This document shows, piece after piece, positions 9,272-19,300 of a DNA stretch of 64,000 bases (its first letter is position 1; each line of letters begins with the position of its first letter). Position numbers and translations under genes: made by a program. Source of the stretch: a virus (lineage: Duplodnaviria; Heunggongvirae; Uroviricota; Caudoviricetes); the IMG/VR virus record IMGVR_UViG_2574180019_000006, one strand, 5' to 3'. The notes below the pieces were generated by a model, which made no database searches, was not told the origin of the DNA, and was given only the letters and a program-made list of their open reading frames with translations.

Positions 9272-12200
9272 ATGTCACAAAACGTAGAGTTTATCCTGTC
9301 GCTGGAAGACAAACAGTTTACAGCGTCAATCGATCGTGCGGGGAAACTGCTTACTCGATTTGGTGAGCAGGTAACAAAGCCTGCTCAAAAAATCCAAACC
9401 TTTGAACGCTCTTTGGGTTCGGTCGCCCGTATCATTGGCGTTCTGGAAAGCAAGCTCGATTCTACGGCAGATAAACTACAGGATGTAGCTGCCGGTTTTG
9501 AGCTTGCTTCAGATGCTACGCGTAAAATGCGTGGCAACATCACCAGCCTCAATTCTGGTCTTAAAGCCCTGATTGAGCGCGTCGATACGACAACTTCTTC
9601 AGTAGATAAACTCACCGCGTCATTACGTAAAGTGCAATCAGAGCTAAATGATTTCTCTGATTGGGCGACCTATGCAAGCAAAAGCGCAAGCCGCTTTGGT
9701 ACGGAGGTCAAAGAAGCCTCTGCGTCCGTGAGTGGCATGAATACGCGCCTTAATACCACGACGAAGCGACTCAGTAATTGGGGTGTCACAACGAGTCAGG
9801 CTGCCGAGGGACTGAAAAAGGTTCGTGAGCAGATGGACGAAGTTATCGGACGTCAGCAACTGATTAGCAAGCCGGTACGCGTTCGTACATCTGGAAGTGG
9901 CGATGGTGGTAGCGGGCGGCGTAGCGGCGCTTCTGGCCATAGCGGTAAAAGTAACGAAGGAGGTATGTTCTCTGGCCTTCGTGGCAACATTTTCCTGCTT
10001 GGCGAGATCGGAGATGCAGCCAGAACGGTTACTGACATCATGTTTGGGTGGCAGAAGCCTATTGTTGAAGCTGCGGCCGAAATGGAACGTATGCGGGTGA
10101 TGCTTCGAGGGTTGAATAAGGAGAAGTCCAACCCTGGCCAGGCTGCCGCCGATGACATGAAGTACATCGTAGACATGGCTCAAAATGCGCCGTTCGCGAT
10201 GCAGGCGTTAACAGATTCCTTCGTGAAGTTTCGTTCTGCTGGCTTAGATCCAACCGATGGTTCTCTGAAGGCGCTGGTGGACTCCGTTGCTCGTTTTGGT
10301 GGTGATAGTGAGCTGTTGAAACGTGCGGCTGTGGCCGTTCAGCAGATGTCCGGTAAGGGCGTTGTGTCAATGGAAGAGCTACGTCAGCAATTAGGTGAAG
10401 CCGTTCCTAACGCGATGCAGGCAATGGCAGACGCCGCAGGCATCACTATGGGGGAACTGACTAAAGCCGTTGCCAGCGGTACGGTTGAGGCAAAACAGGC
10501 GTTGTCTCTGATGTTTGTTGGTCTGCGTGCGGAGAATGAGAACGCAGCGAAAGACATGATGCAAACCTACACAGGTGCGCTGGCGCAACTTCAGACGTCA
10601 TTCACGTTATTTGCTGATCGGGTTGGTCAGGCCGGATATCTGGATTCTCTATCGAAGGGGATGAAAGAACTGGCTTCAATCATGAATAGCGCCGAAGGGA
10701 TTTCGTTTGCCAATTCTTTAGGTTCGGGGTTAACAACGGCAATCGATGGGTTGCGTCAGCTTGCTCAATGGTTAGCAAAGAACCAAGAGCTGGTAATTAA
10801 TCTCGGTAAGATCGTGGCCGCGATGGTTGCGTTCAAACTGATGCGAGCAGGGATCATGGGGGTAGTTGGCGCTGGGAGCCAGATGGTTAGCACCTTTGCC
10901 ACGATGGCGACCGCCATACAGACTCCATTTAACCTCGGCGCTACAGCAGTAACTCGATTCAATCGTGCGGCACGTATGGGGCTGGCTCCGATCCCCTCTC
11001 TTATTTTCGCCATCCGTGGGGCGATTACGGGGCTTAAAGGCGCTTTTGCTGGATTAACGGCGTTCATTGCAGCAAACCCTATAGGGGCAGCATTTACAGT
11101 TGCCACAGTAGCTGTTGCTGGCCTAATCACGTACATGACCATGCTCCGCAGCGAAACTTCAAAGGTCGTTGACGAGATTAGGAAAATACCAGAGGCGATG
11201 ACGGCGGCCAAACGTGCACAGATGGCGGAGTATAAAGCGCGTCTTGAGCAACAAATCACGCAAAAGGAACAAGAGTTAAAATCTGGCGAAAAGGTGGTTT
11301 ATGGGCCGGGTATGGCCGGAACTACAGTAAAGATTAATCAGGATGAACGTAAGCGTATAGAAAATGAGCTAAATGACCTTCGTAAGAAACGCGATAAAAC
11401 TACTGGGGCAATTGAACGCGGAGACATTGCCGTAGCCAAACGTCTTGCAAAAGATGCGGCAGAATCACAGATAGAGAAAATACGGGAAGAGAATAGAGAC
11501 TTTGCGGCAACATTCGCTAAAGCTCGTCAAGAGGCTCTGGAGAAGATCCAAAAAATCAATGATGACGATTCACTTTCTGATGACGAAAAGAACAAGCTAT
11601 TGGCACCGTTACGTGAAACGGTAAACAAAAGCTATCTGGAGCCTGCGCAAAAACTGGTTGATTCACTTTCTTCTCGTAAGAATGCGACCGAGAAGCAAAT
11701 TGCGACTCTTAATGATCAGCTTGAAAAAGCCAAAAAGGATGGAAATACCGAGCAGATCCAGAAACTGCAAGGCAGTATTCGTGGTTATCAGGAGCATTTG
11801 GAAGCCGTTGCTCAGGAGCTGACTCAGGCAGAGTTCGAGAGAGATAACGCGGCCAAAACTGGTAAGGGCGTAATGTCAAACCAGGGGACTGTTCTTGGGT
11901 TAGGTACAACTGATAAAGCTGCTCAGAAGGCGTTGGCGCAATATATGCGAAACCAGATGGATTCTGCGACTTATCAGCGTACTTTGCCTGACGGCACTCC
12001 GATGATGGACTTCGAAGGTAAGCCGATTATTGGGCCTAAACAACTCAAGACGCAGCTTAATTTGCAGAAAGCATCCAGTGCCAGCTCTCTGGAGAAAATG
12101 AGCGATGAAGAGCGTGCCGCAGCCATTGCTGCACTGACTAAAGCTCGTGAACAGGATGCAGCAGCTGCCGAGAAAGCAGCCCAACGATCAGCTAACGCCT

Positions 12201-13849
12201 CGCAGCGTGCGGCCAAGAAGGAACAGGCAGCGCAACAGAAACTGGCAGCCGGATACCAGAAGGCTCTGGACAAAGCCGATCAGCTTATGGGGCAAATGGG
12301 TGAAAGCTCTAAGGCTACGGTATCGTTTGATCAGTCTCTTCGTGATACAACGAAATCGCTGACAGATTTGGCTAATGCGGTTCCTAACGAGTTCATCACT
12401 CAAGAGATGATCGACAAGGCGAAAAAACGTCTTGAAGACCTCAAAAATGCGACACCTGAATATCGCGAGATGTTTAATCGCCGCAATGTTGAGCAGATGA
12501 TCTCCACTTGGGCACCGGAGGCGGATTCCATTATTAGTGCTGGCTATACGCCGTCTCGCGAAGAGAAAGTTGCTGATTTCGAAGACACCTACAACCGCAA
12601 TCTCAAAGCGTTGATAGAACTTCGTGATAAGGCGTCTGATCCTAAAGTTGTGGCGCTTTATACAAAGAAAATCAATCAACTGATTGCTGCTGGCAATACC
12701 GCGCTTATTAAAGAGACGGGGACTGCGACGCAGAAGTTGGCACTGGAATACGAAAACCTGGCAGAGCAGATCGAAAGCACCTGGACTGATTTGTTTAGTG
12801 GCTTAACTGATGTCCTGACTGATTTCGTTATTAACGGGAAGATGAGCTTCTCCAGCCTATCTCAGTCCATTTTGAAAGATATCACCAATATGGTCGTGAA
12901 GTCGCAGATCACGCTGCCTCTAATGAACATGTTGGGGATGGGAACCACCGCAGCTGGTAGTTCACAGAGTGGTAATTTGCTGACCGGGGTTGCTTCCGCC
13001 GTTGCCAATCAAGGGGTACGAATGGGCAACACTGTTAACGGCGACAAGTCGGTAGGAGAAGCCACGAAGGAGACGTCCAGTTCGGTAACTGGATTGGGGC
13101 AAACAACACAGCAGACCACCAGCGCAATTGGCACAGCAACAAATGCGATTGGTAGCTGGGTATCGGGGCTATTTGATAGCACCGAAGCCAAAGATGCTGA
13201 GACAAAAGCCGTGAAGGACTCCATCTTCTCGATGCAGAACCTCAGCTCTGTTACCGGCGCGCTGTCTGCCGCGTTTGCAATGCTTGGAGCTAATGCTTCC
13301 GGCTCTGGTAATAAGTGGTTGAGTTTTGGAGCAACGGTTGCATCTGGTCTTGTTTCAGCTTGGGCTGGCGGTGGATTCGATGGATTGATGTCCGGTTCTT
13401 CTGGCTCAACTTCCGGGTTCAACAATCTGACCAGTTCTGCTGCCGATGGCACGAATGGTATTCCTGCAATTCCGAAGTTTGCAAATGGTGGCATATTCGG
13501 AAAAGACGGCGTGATCCCGCTCCGGGCATACCAGAAAGGCGGTATTGCTAACTCGCCTCAATTAGCGTTGTTTGGGGAAGGTTCTATGAATGAGGCGTAT
13601 GTTCCATTGCCTGATGGCCGAACAATCCCTGTAACGCTCAGTACCGATGGTATGAGTGGAGGCGGAAATGTTCTTTCTCCTGTATCAATTGAGATCAACG
13701 TCCATAGTGACGGTAGCACGACAGAATCCGGCGATACAGAAAGCATATGGAACAATGCCGCTCAACGGATGAAAGCAATCGCGCTTGAGACTATCGCTCA
13801 AGAGAAACGCCCTGGCGGATCACTCAACCCAAACACTCAACGTAACTAA
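9272..13849 (+). CDS. Tail tape measure protein
   Basis: About 1,525-aa ORF, coiled-coil rich with Gly/Ser-rich C-terminal part, in canonical position; ATG 9272 preceded by AGAGGA (ORF track start 9251 is a TTG). Confidence 0.8.
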   Translation: MSQNVEFILSLEDKQFTASIDRAGKLLTRFGEQVTKPAQKIQTFERSLGSVARIIGVLESKLDSTADKLQDVAAGFELASDATRKMRGNITSLNSGLKALIERVDTTTSSVDKLTASLRKVQSELNDFSDWATYASKSASRFGTEVKEASASVSGMNTRLNTTTKRLSNWGVTTSQAAEGLKKVREQMDEVIGRQQLISKPVRVRTSGSGDGGSGRRSGASGHSGKSNEGGMFSGLRGNIFLLGEIGDAARTVTDIMFGWQKPIVEAAAEMERMRVMLRGLNKEKSNPGQAAADDMKYIVDMAQNAPFAMQALTDSFVKFRSAGLDPTDGSLKALVDSVARFGGDSELLKRAAVAVQQMSGKGVVSMEELRQQLGEAVPNAMQAMADAAGITMGELTKAVASGTVEAKQALSLMFVGLRAENENAAKDMMQTYTGALAQLQTSFTLFADRVGQAGYLDSLSKGMKELASIMNSAEGISFANSLGSGLTTAIDGLRQLAQWLAKNQELVINLGKIVAAMVAFKLMRAGIMGVVGAGSQMVSTFATMATAIQTPFNLGATAVTRFNRAARMGLAPIPSLIFAIRGAITGLKGAFAGLTAFIAANPIGAAFTVATVAVAGLITYMTMLRSETSKVVDEIRKIPEAMTAAKRAQMAEYKARLEQQITQKEQELKSGEKVVYGPGMAGTTVKINQDERKRIENELNDLRKKRDKTTGAIERGDIAVAKRLAKDAAESQIEKIREENRDFAATFAKARQEALEKIQKINDDDSLSDDEKNKLLAPLRETVNKSYLEPAQKLVDSLSSRKNATEKQIATLNDQLEKAKKDGNTEQIQKLQGSIRGYQEHLEAVAQELTQAEFERDNAAKTGKGVMSNQGTVLGLGTTDKAAQKALAQYMRNQMDSATYQRTLPDGTPMMDFEGKPIIGPKQLKTQLNLQKASSASSLEKMSDEERAAAIAALTKAREQDAAAAEKAAQRSANASQRAAKKEQAAQQKLAAGYQKALDKADQLMGQMGESSKATVSFDQSLRDTTKSLTDLANAVPNEFITQEMIDKAKKRLEDLKNATPEYREMFNRRNVEQMISTWAPEADSIISAGYTPSREEKVADFEDTYNRNLKALIELRDKASDPKVVALYTKKINQLIAAGNTALIKETGTATQKLALEYENLAEQIESTWTDLFSGLTDVLTDFVINGKMSFSSLSQSILKDITNMVVKSQITLPLMNMLGMGTTAAGSSQSGNLLTGVASAVANQGVRMGNTVNGDKSVGEATKETSSSVTGLGQTTQQTTSAIGTATNAIGSWVSGLFDSTEAKDAETKAVKDSIFSMQNLSSVTGALSAAFAMLGANASGSGNKWLSFGATVASGLVSAWAGGGFDGLMSGSSGSTSGFNNLTSSAADGTNGIPAIPKFANGGIFGKDGVIPLRAYQKGGIANSPQLALFGEGSMNEAYVPLPDGRTIPVTLSTDGMSGGGNVLSPVSIEINVHSDGSTTESGDTESIWNNAAQRMKAIALETIAQEKRPGGSLNPNTQRN

Positions 13850-13891
13850 CTATCGACTGCCCCGACCGGGGCGGTCTCACAAGGATGTGAG

Positions 13892-14227
13892 ATGGAAAGA
13901 CAAACGTTTAATTGGTATCCAGATTACGAATCTGAAAAGAGCGTAAAACCGAATGTAACGGTACTTAATTTTGGTGATGACTACGAGCAGCGACAGGCTC
14001 AAGGTCTTAATCGTATTAAAGAAGAATGGTCGTTAACCTTTACCAGATCATACAACGAAATTAATGCAATCGATGACTTCCTGACTGAGCGAGCAGGCGT
14101 TGAGTCGTTCTATTGGGTTAATCCAAGAGGAAAACGGATTGTAGTTGTATGTGACAGTCATACGGTCAAGCGATATCAGGGGTACTGTGTCTTAACTGCT
14201 ACATTCAGACAAGTATTTGAGGCTTAA
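13892..14227 (+). CDS. Minor tail protein (lambda gpM-like)
   Basis: 111 aa, first gene after tape measure, size and position as for lambda M. Confidence 0.5.
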   Translation: MERQTFNWYPDYESEKSVKPNVTVLNFGDDYEQRQAQGLNRIKEEWSLTFTRSYNEINAIDDFLTERAGVESFYWVNPRGKRIVVVCDSHTVKRYQGYCVLTATFRQVFEA

Positions 14228-14309
14228 GCATCTGGATAAGTAAGTACTAATTTACTATCATTGTGGCGTTGACAGGATGTTAGCGCCTACTTATTTCAAG
14301 GATGAAACA

Positions 14310-15008
14310 ATGGGAATTAAAGCTGATATTCAGAGCTTATCTCCCTCTGCACTCATTGAGTTGTTCGTACTGGATATGTCGAACACAACTTCAGGGGGGA
14401 AGCTATTCTTCCACGCCGGAACAAACGAACTGATGCAACCGGTCGTCTGGCAAGGAGTGACATACGAGCCGTGGCCAATCAAAGCATCAGGCTTTGACAA
14501 AACTGGCCAGGGAACGTTGCCACGTCCAAAAATTCAGGTATCGAACTTTGCCGGAACCGTCTCTGCGGAAGTTCAGGCGAACGACGATCTTGTTGGCTGC
14601 CGCATTATTCGCAAGATGACGCTGGCTCGCTTCCTCGATGCCGTTAATTTTAAAGACGGTAATCCAACAGCAGATCCAAACCAACATTTCCCGGATGAAA
14701 TGTGGTTTATCGAACAGAAAACGCTCGAAACTCATCAGGTTGTCGAGTTTGAGTTGTCCAGTGTGTTCGATTTGATGGGGGTGCAACTGCCGTATCGTCA
14801 GATCATTAAAAACACCTGCCCGTGGAAATACCGAGGGCCAGAATGCGGCTATACCGGTCCATATTTCGACAAAAATAACCAGCAGACGTCTATGTCTGGT
14901 GCTGATTACTGCACAAAACGTTATGACGCCTGTAATGCGCGTCGGAATTATTTTGCCAACGGAGTGATCCATTTTGGCGGGTTTATTGGAGCTACGCGAT
15001 ATGGGTAA
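14310..15008 (+). CDS. Minor tail protein (lambda gpL-like)
   Basis: 232 aa from ATG 14310 (RBS AAGGA); Cys-rich C-terminal motif CPWKYRGPECGY...C...Y.AC characteristic of L-family tail tip proteins. Confidence 0.7.
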   Translation: MGIKADIQSLSPSALIELFVLDMSNTTSGGKLFFHAGTNELMQPVVWQGVTYEPWPIKASGFDKTGQGTLPRPKIQVSNFAGTVSAEVQANDDLVGCRIIRKMTLARFLDAVNFKDGNPTADPNQHFPDEMWFIEQKTLETHQVVEFELSSVFDLMGVQLPYRQIIKNTCPWKYRGPECGYTGPYFDKNNQQTSMSGADYCTKRYDACNARRNYFANGVIHFGGFIGATRYG

Positions 15009-15798
15009 TAAAGCAATCCCTGAGCTTGGCTCTGATGTTATGCAGCAAATCTATCTCTGCGCCATAAATCGCTACCCTAATGAAGCGTGTGGCTTTCTGG
15101 TGAGAACTAATGGCGACAAATATCGCTTTATGGAAGCGCGAAATGTTTCGGAGAACCCGCAGAACACTTTTGTAATGCACGTTGACGACATTATGGCGGC
15201 AGAGGATGCGGGTGATGTTATCGCAATCTGGCATTCACATACTGATGAATCAGCAGAAGCATCTGATGCCGATCGTGCAGGCTGTGAAGCGACGGAAGTT
15301 CCGTGGATGATTCTGGCTATTCGCAAGAATGTTGAGGGAGATGCCCCTTTCCATTTTAGCGAGATGAATGTGATCACACCTGATGGTTTCGAAATGCCAT
15401 ACCTGGGTAGACCGTATGTATTTGGCGTATTCGATTGCTGGATGTTGTGTCGGGACTATTTGAAGCGTGAGTTTAACGTCGAACTGAACCCGAACGCACA
15501 CCTGCATATTCCATCGTGGTACACCGGCGATAACGACATTCTCGACCAGAACTACCGAAACGAAGGATTGGTACGGCTTGCGCCTGGAACAGAACCTCAA
15601 CGTGGGGACGTCTTCTTTATCCAATACGGAAAAATGCCTGACCACTGTGCGGTTTATATCGGCGATGGAATGATTCTTCATCACCAGATCGACCGCCTTA
15701 GTTGTCGTGCTTATTACGGCGGGATGTATCAGAAACATACGACGCATCACTTGCGTCACAGAGACTTGCTCAAGGGAGATGAGACGTGTCTGAGTTAG
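15001..15798 (+). CDS. Tail assembly protein (lambda gpK-like; MPN/JAB plus NlpC/P60-like regions)
   Basis: HSHTD...SDAD motif (JAB/MPN-type) followed by Cys...His region (FDCWMLCRDY ... HCAVYIGDGMILHH) typical of K-family proteins; position after L. Confidence 0.7.
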   Translation: MGNKAIPELGSDVMQQIYLCAINRYPNEACGFLVRTNGDKYRFMEARNVSENPQNTFVMHVDDIMAAEDAGDVIAIWHSHTDESAEASDADRAGCEATEVPWMILAIRKNVEGDAPFHFSEMNVITPDGFEMPYLGRPYVFGVFDCWMLCRDYLKREFNVELNPNAHLHIPSWYTGDNDILDQNYRNEGLVRLAPGTEPQRGDVFFIQYGKMPDHCAVYIGDGMILHHQIDRLSCRAYYGGMYQKHTTHHLRHRDLLKGDETCLS

Positions 15799-16379
15799 TT
15801 CATGTGCAGCTTGGCGGCCCTATGGCCAAACATTTTGGCCGCCACTGGCATCTAAAGGTGCGCAATACAAAACAGGCTCTGGATTTAATTGAGGCCAACA
15901 AGCCTGGGTTTAAAGCATGGATGAAGCGCAACATCAAAACCTATGACAGATACCACATCCAGATCACCAATAAACAGGGCCACAAGTGGTCTGTGGACGA
16001 GAGTGAATATCAGATGATGGGGCAGTCTGACAACATAGCCAAAATCCGCATTACCCCTGTTCCGCGAGGAAGCGGCGGTTCTGCTTTTGGGTGGTTTCAG
16101 ACGGTAGTAGGAGCCGCTTTGTTGGTTGTATCGGCGGTAATGATGCCCGCTCTTGCGCCTCTCGGTTTGTCACTGATGATGGGCGGTATAGCGCAAATCA
16201 TATCTCCGCAAGCCACTAACGAAAGTGTGAGGCAGGCGGATAACTCGAACTCTTATTACTTTGATGGACCTCAAAACACAACAAACCAGGGGAACCCTGT
16301 ACAGCTTATCTATGGCGAGGAAATTTTAGTTGGCTCACAGGTCGTGAGTTCTTCTATCACCATCGACCAGCTTATGTAA
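15786..16379 (+). CDS. Tail assembly protein (lambda gpI-like)
   Basis: 197-aa ORF with hydrophobic C-terminal segment, between K-like and J-like genes; GTG start. Confidence 0.6.
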   Translation: MSELVHVQLGGPMAKHFGRHWHLKVRNTKQALDLIEANKPGFKAWMKRNIKTYDRYHIQITNKQGHKWSVDESEYQMMGQSDNIAKIRITPVPRGSGGSAFGWFQTVVGAALLVVSAVMMPALAPLGLSLMMGGIAQIISPQATNESVRQADNSNSYYFDGPQNTTNQGNPVQLIYGEEILVGSQVVSSSITIDQLM

Positions 16380-16396
16380 TCAAGGATTTTTTGGAC

Positions 16397-19300
16397 ATGG
16401 AACAGTTCAAGAAGAAAAAATTACCGCTTCTTATTGCCGGTGCTGGAGGCAAGAAAAGTAAAAGCTCCAGCCGTACCCCGGTTGAAGCTGATGATACTGT
16501 CAATTCTCGTGCTATGGCAGCCATCCTCGACCTTCTTGGCGAGGGGGTTATCGGTGGCCTGGTAAATGGCGCAAAGTCGATCTTCATCGACGATTTACCG
16601 ATCTTGAATGAAGATGGCTCTTCCAACTTCAGCGGTATTACATGGGATTTTCGTGACGGCTCACAAGACCAGACGCCAATGGCTGGTTTTGATTTTGTCG
16701 AAACGCCTAAGTCCGTAAATATTCAGCTTAAAAAAACACACGACGTTACGGTTTCAATCGATAACGATGAAGCTGATCGCGTTCGTGTCATCATGAAATT
16801 CCCCTCTTTACGTAGCGTTGATAAAAGCTCTGGCGATACAAATGGCACTACGGTGAAGTACAAATTCCAGATCGCCAACGGAGACGCAACATTTTCTGAT
16901 GTAGTGGCAGAAGGTGAGAAAAGCGTTGATATCACGCTAACGGCAAAGAAAACCGGCGTGTATTACCGTAGCTATGAGCTGAAACTGCCTAAACCTGGCC
17001 GTGCATACAAGGTTCGGGTGATTCGTCTTACGGATGATAACAGTAGCCAGTACCTCTACAACGATACCTGGGTTGATTCCATCGGTGAGATTGTAGATAC
17101 CCCCATGAACTACCCTAACTCTGCACTTGTTGGCTTAAAGGTCAATTCAGAGCAGTTTGGTAGCACAATGCCTTCCCGTTCGTATTTGGTGCGCGGTATC
17201 AAAATTCGAGTGCCGTCAAACTACAACGAATACACCAATACTTATGTCGGCGTATGGGACGGTACTTTTAAGCTGTTGTCTTCTTCAAACCCTGCGTGGA
17301 TTCTCTACGATTTGCTTACCAATACTCGGTATGGTCTTGGGCAATTTGTGTCGGAATCCATGATTGACCTCGGCCAGCTCTACCAGATTGGTCGATATTG
17401 TGACGAAGAGGTCGATGATGGCTTTGGGGGTAAAGAGAAACGCTTTGCAATCAATACGCAGATCACCAGTCGACAAGACGCATACCGATTAATTCAGGAT
17501 ATTGCCGGTGCATTCCGCGGCATGGTGTTTTGGGCTGGTGGCATGGTTAACATCATGCAGGATAGCCCATCAGATCCGGTAATGATGTTTACCAACTCCA
17601 ACGTCAAAGATGGACTGTTTACCTATAAAGGTTCTGCGCGTAAAGATCGCCCATCCGTTGCGCTCGTAACCTACAACAACAAGGAGGACGGTTATAAGCA
17701 AAACATCGAGTACGTTGAAGATCAGGACGCAATGCGCCGTTATGGTGAGCGTAAAACAGAAGTCGTAGCATTTGGATGTACAAGCCGAGGCCAGGCTCAC
17801 CGAGTTGGTTTGTGGCTTTTGTATACCGCCAGAATGGAGTCGGATGTAATTACATTTACTGCCGGCTTAGACGCCTCATTTCTGATGCCCGGTGAAACCG
17901 TTCTGATTCAGAACAAATATCGTGCAGGTAAACGTAACTCCGGTCGAATTGTGGAGTTTACCAAAAACAGCATCACTCTCGATGCGCCTGTGTCGTTAGC
18001 TAAAAGCGGCAGCTTTATTCGGATATTGAATCAGGAAGGCAAAATCGTTGAACGCGATGTTCTTGAAACTGGCGAAAACATAACAAAGGTTACGTTTTCA
18101 AAAGCCCTGTCGTCAGCGGAAACGCCTGTTTTGAACGGTGTCTGGACAATTACAGAACCAGATCTCGAACCTATGCGCGTTCGCATCGTTAACATCGCAC
18201 AGGGGGAAACGTCGGGTAGCTTTGACATCACCGCTGTTGAGAACAATCCGTCTAAATATGAGGCAATCGACAATGGTGCAACGCTGATCCCGCAGAATAC
18301 GACGGTATTGGACCCAACTTACTCCAAGCCATCTAATCTGCAAATCACTGAAGGGACTTATCTCTCAAGCCCGGGCAACCTGTCAGTAAAACTGACTGCA
18401 ACATGGGAAGGGAAATCTCCAGAGTATTGGATCAGTTGGCGACGTTCTGATGAAAACAATGTATCGAACTGGCAATCGGCGCGTGTAACCGAAGAGCAAT
18501 ACGAAATCGTTAATGTCGCGGAGAATGGACGCTACGACTTCCAGCTGTATGCGGTTTCATTCAACGGTAAAAAAACAGAGATTATCAGTACCGTTTATCA
18601 GGTGTTGGGCACAATGACACCGCCTGATGCCCCAACGTCATTAACGGCCGTTGGAGACTATCGTAATGTGATACTGAATTGGGTTAATCCAGATTCGGTA
18701 GACCTTGATCACATTAATGTTTACGCATCCCAGACCAACAATCTGGATACGGCGAAACTGATCGCAGAGTCTGCAAGCACCACCTTTACACATGCTGGTC
18801 TTGGGGATAGCGAAACGTGGTATTACTGGGTTCGAGCATCGAACAAGCGAGGTATGTTAAGTCCTCCGAACTCAAACTTGGGTACAGAGGCGACAACTCG
18901 CGATGTACTGTCGTTCCTGACTGGCAAAATTACATCTTCCGAGCTTGGTCAGGCTCTGCTTGAAGACATCAACAGCAAAGTCTCTCAAGAAGCAGTTGAC
19001 GAGTTAAATGAGCATATCAACCAGAGCGTCGAATCTTTAGAGGGGGCGGTAAACGACGTTAAGGAAGATATAGCTGAATTAGATAAGCAGTTCAGCGATA
19101 ACCTCGCGGGTTTTGAAATAAAATTCAACGAGCGTAGCGATGCTTTGGAGAACGCACAAACCGAGCTTAAAGGTGAGGTTTCGGCAACGATTGACAAGGT
19201 CAATGAAGCGTTTGAAAAAATTGATGCTACTGATGCTGCAATTGTTGAAATCGAAAACACCGTATCTGAACACGATAAAGCTCTCGCTAATACAGTCGAG

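Noticed and set aside
9644-13755. Numerous antisense and off-frame ORFs within the tape measure gene (e.g. 9644..10183, 10765..11259, 12188..12679, 13009..13494)
   Set aside because: All lie inside the single 4.6-kb tape measure reading frame; they lack RBSs and have low-complexity translations.
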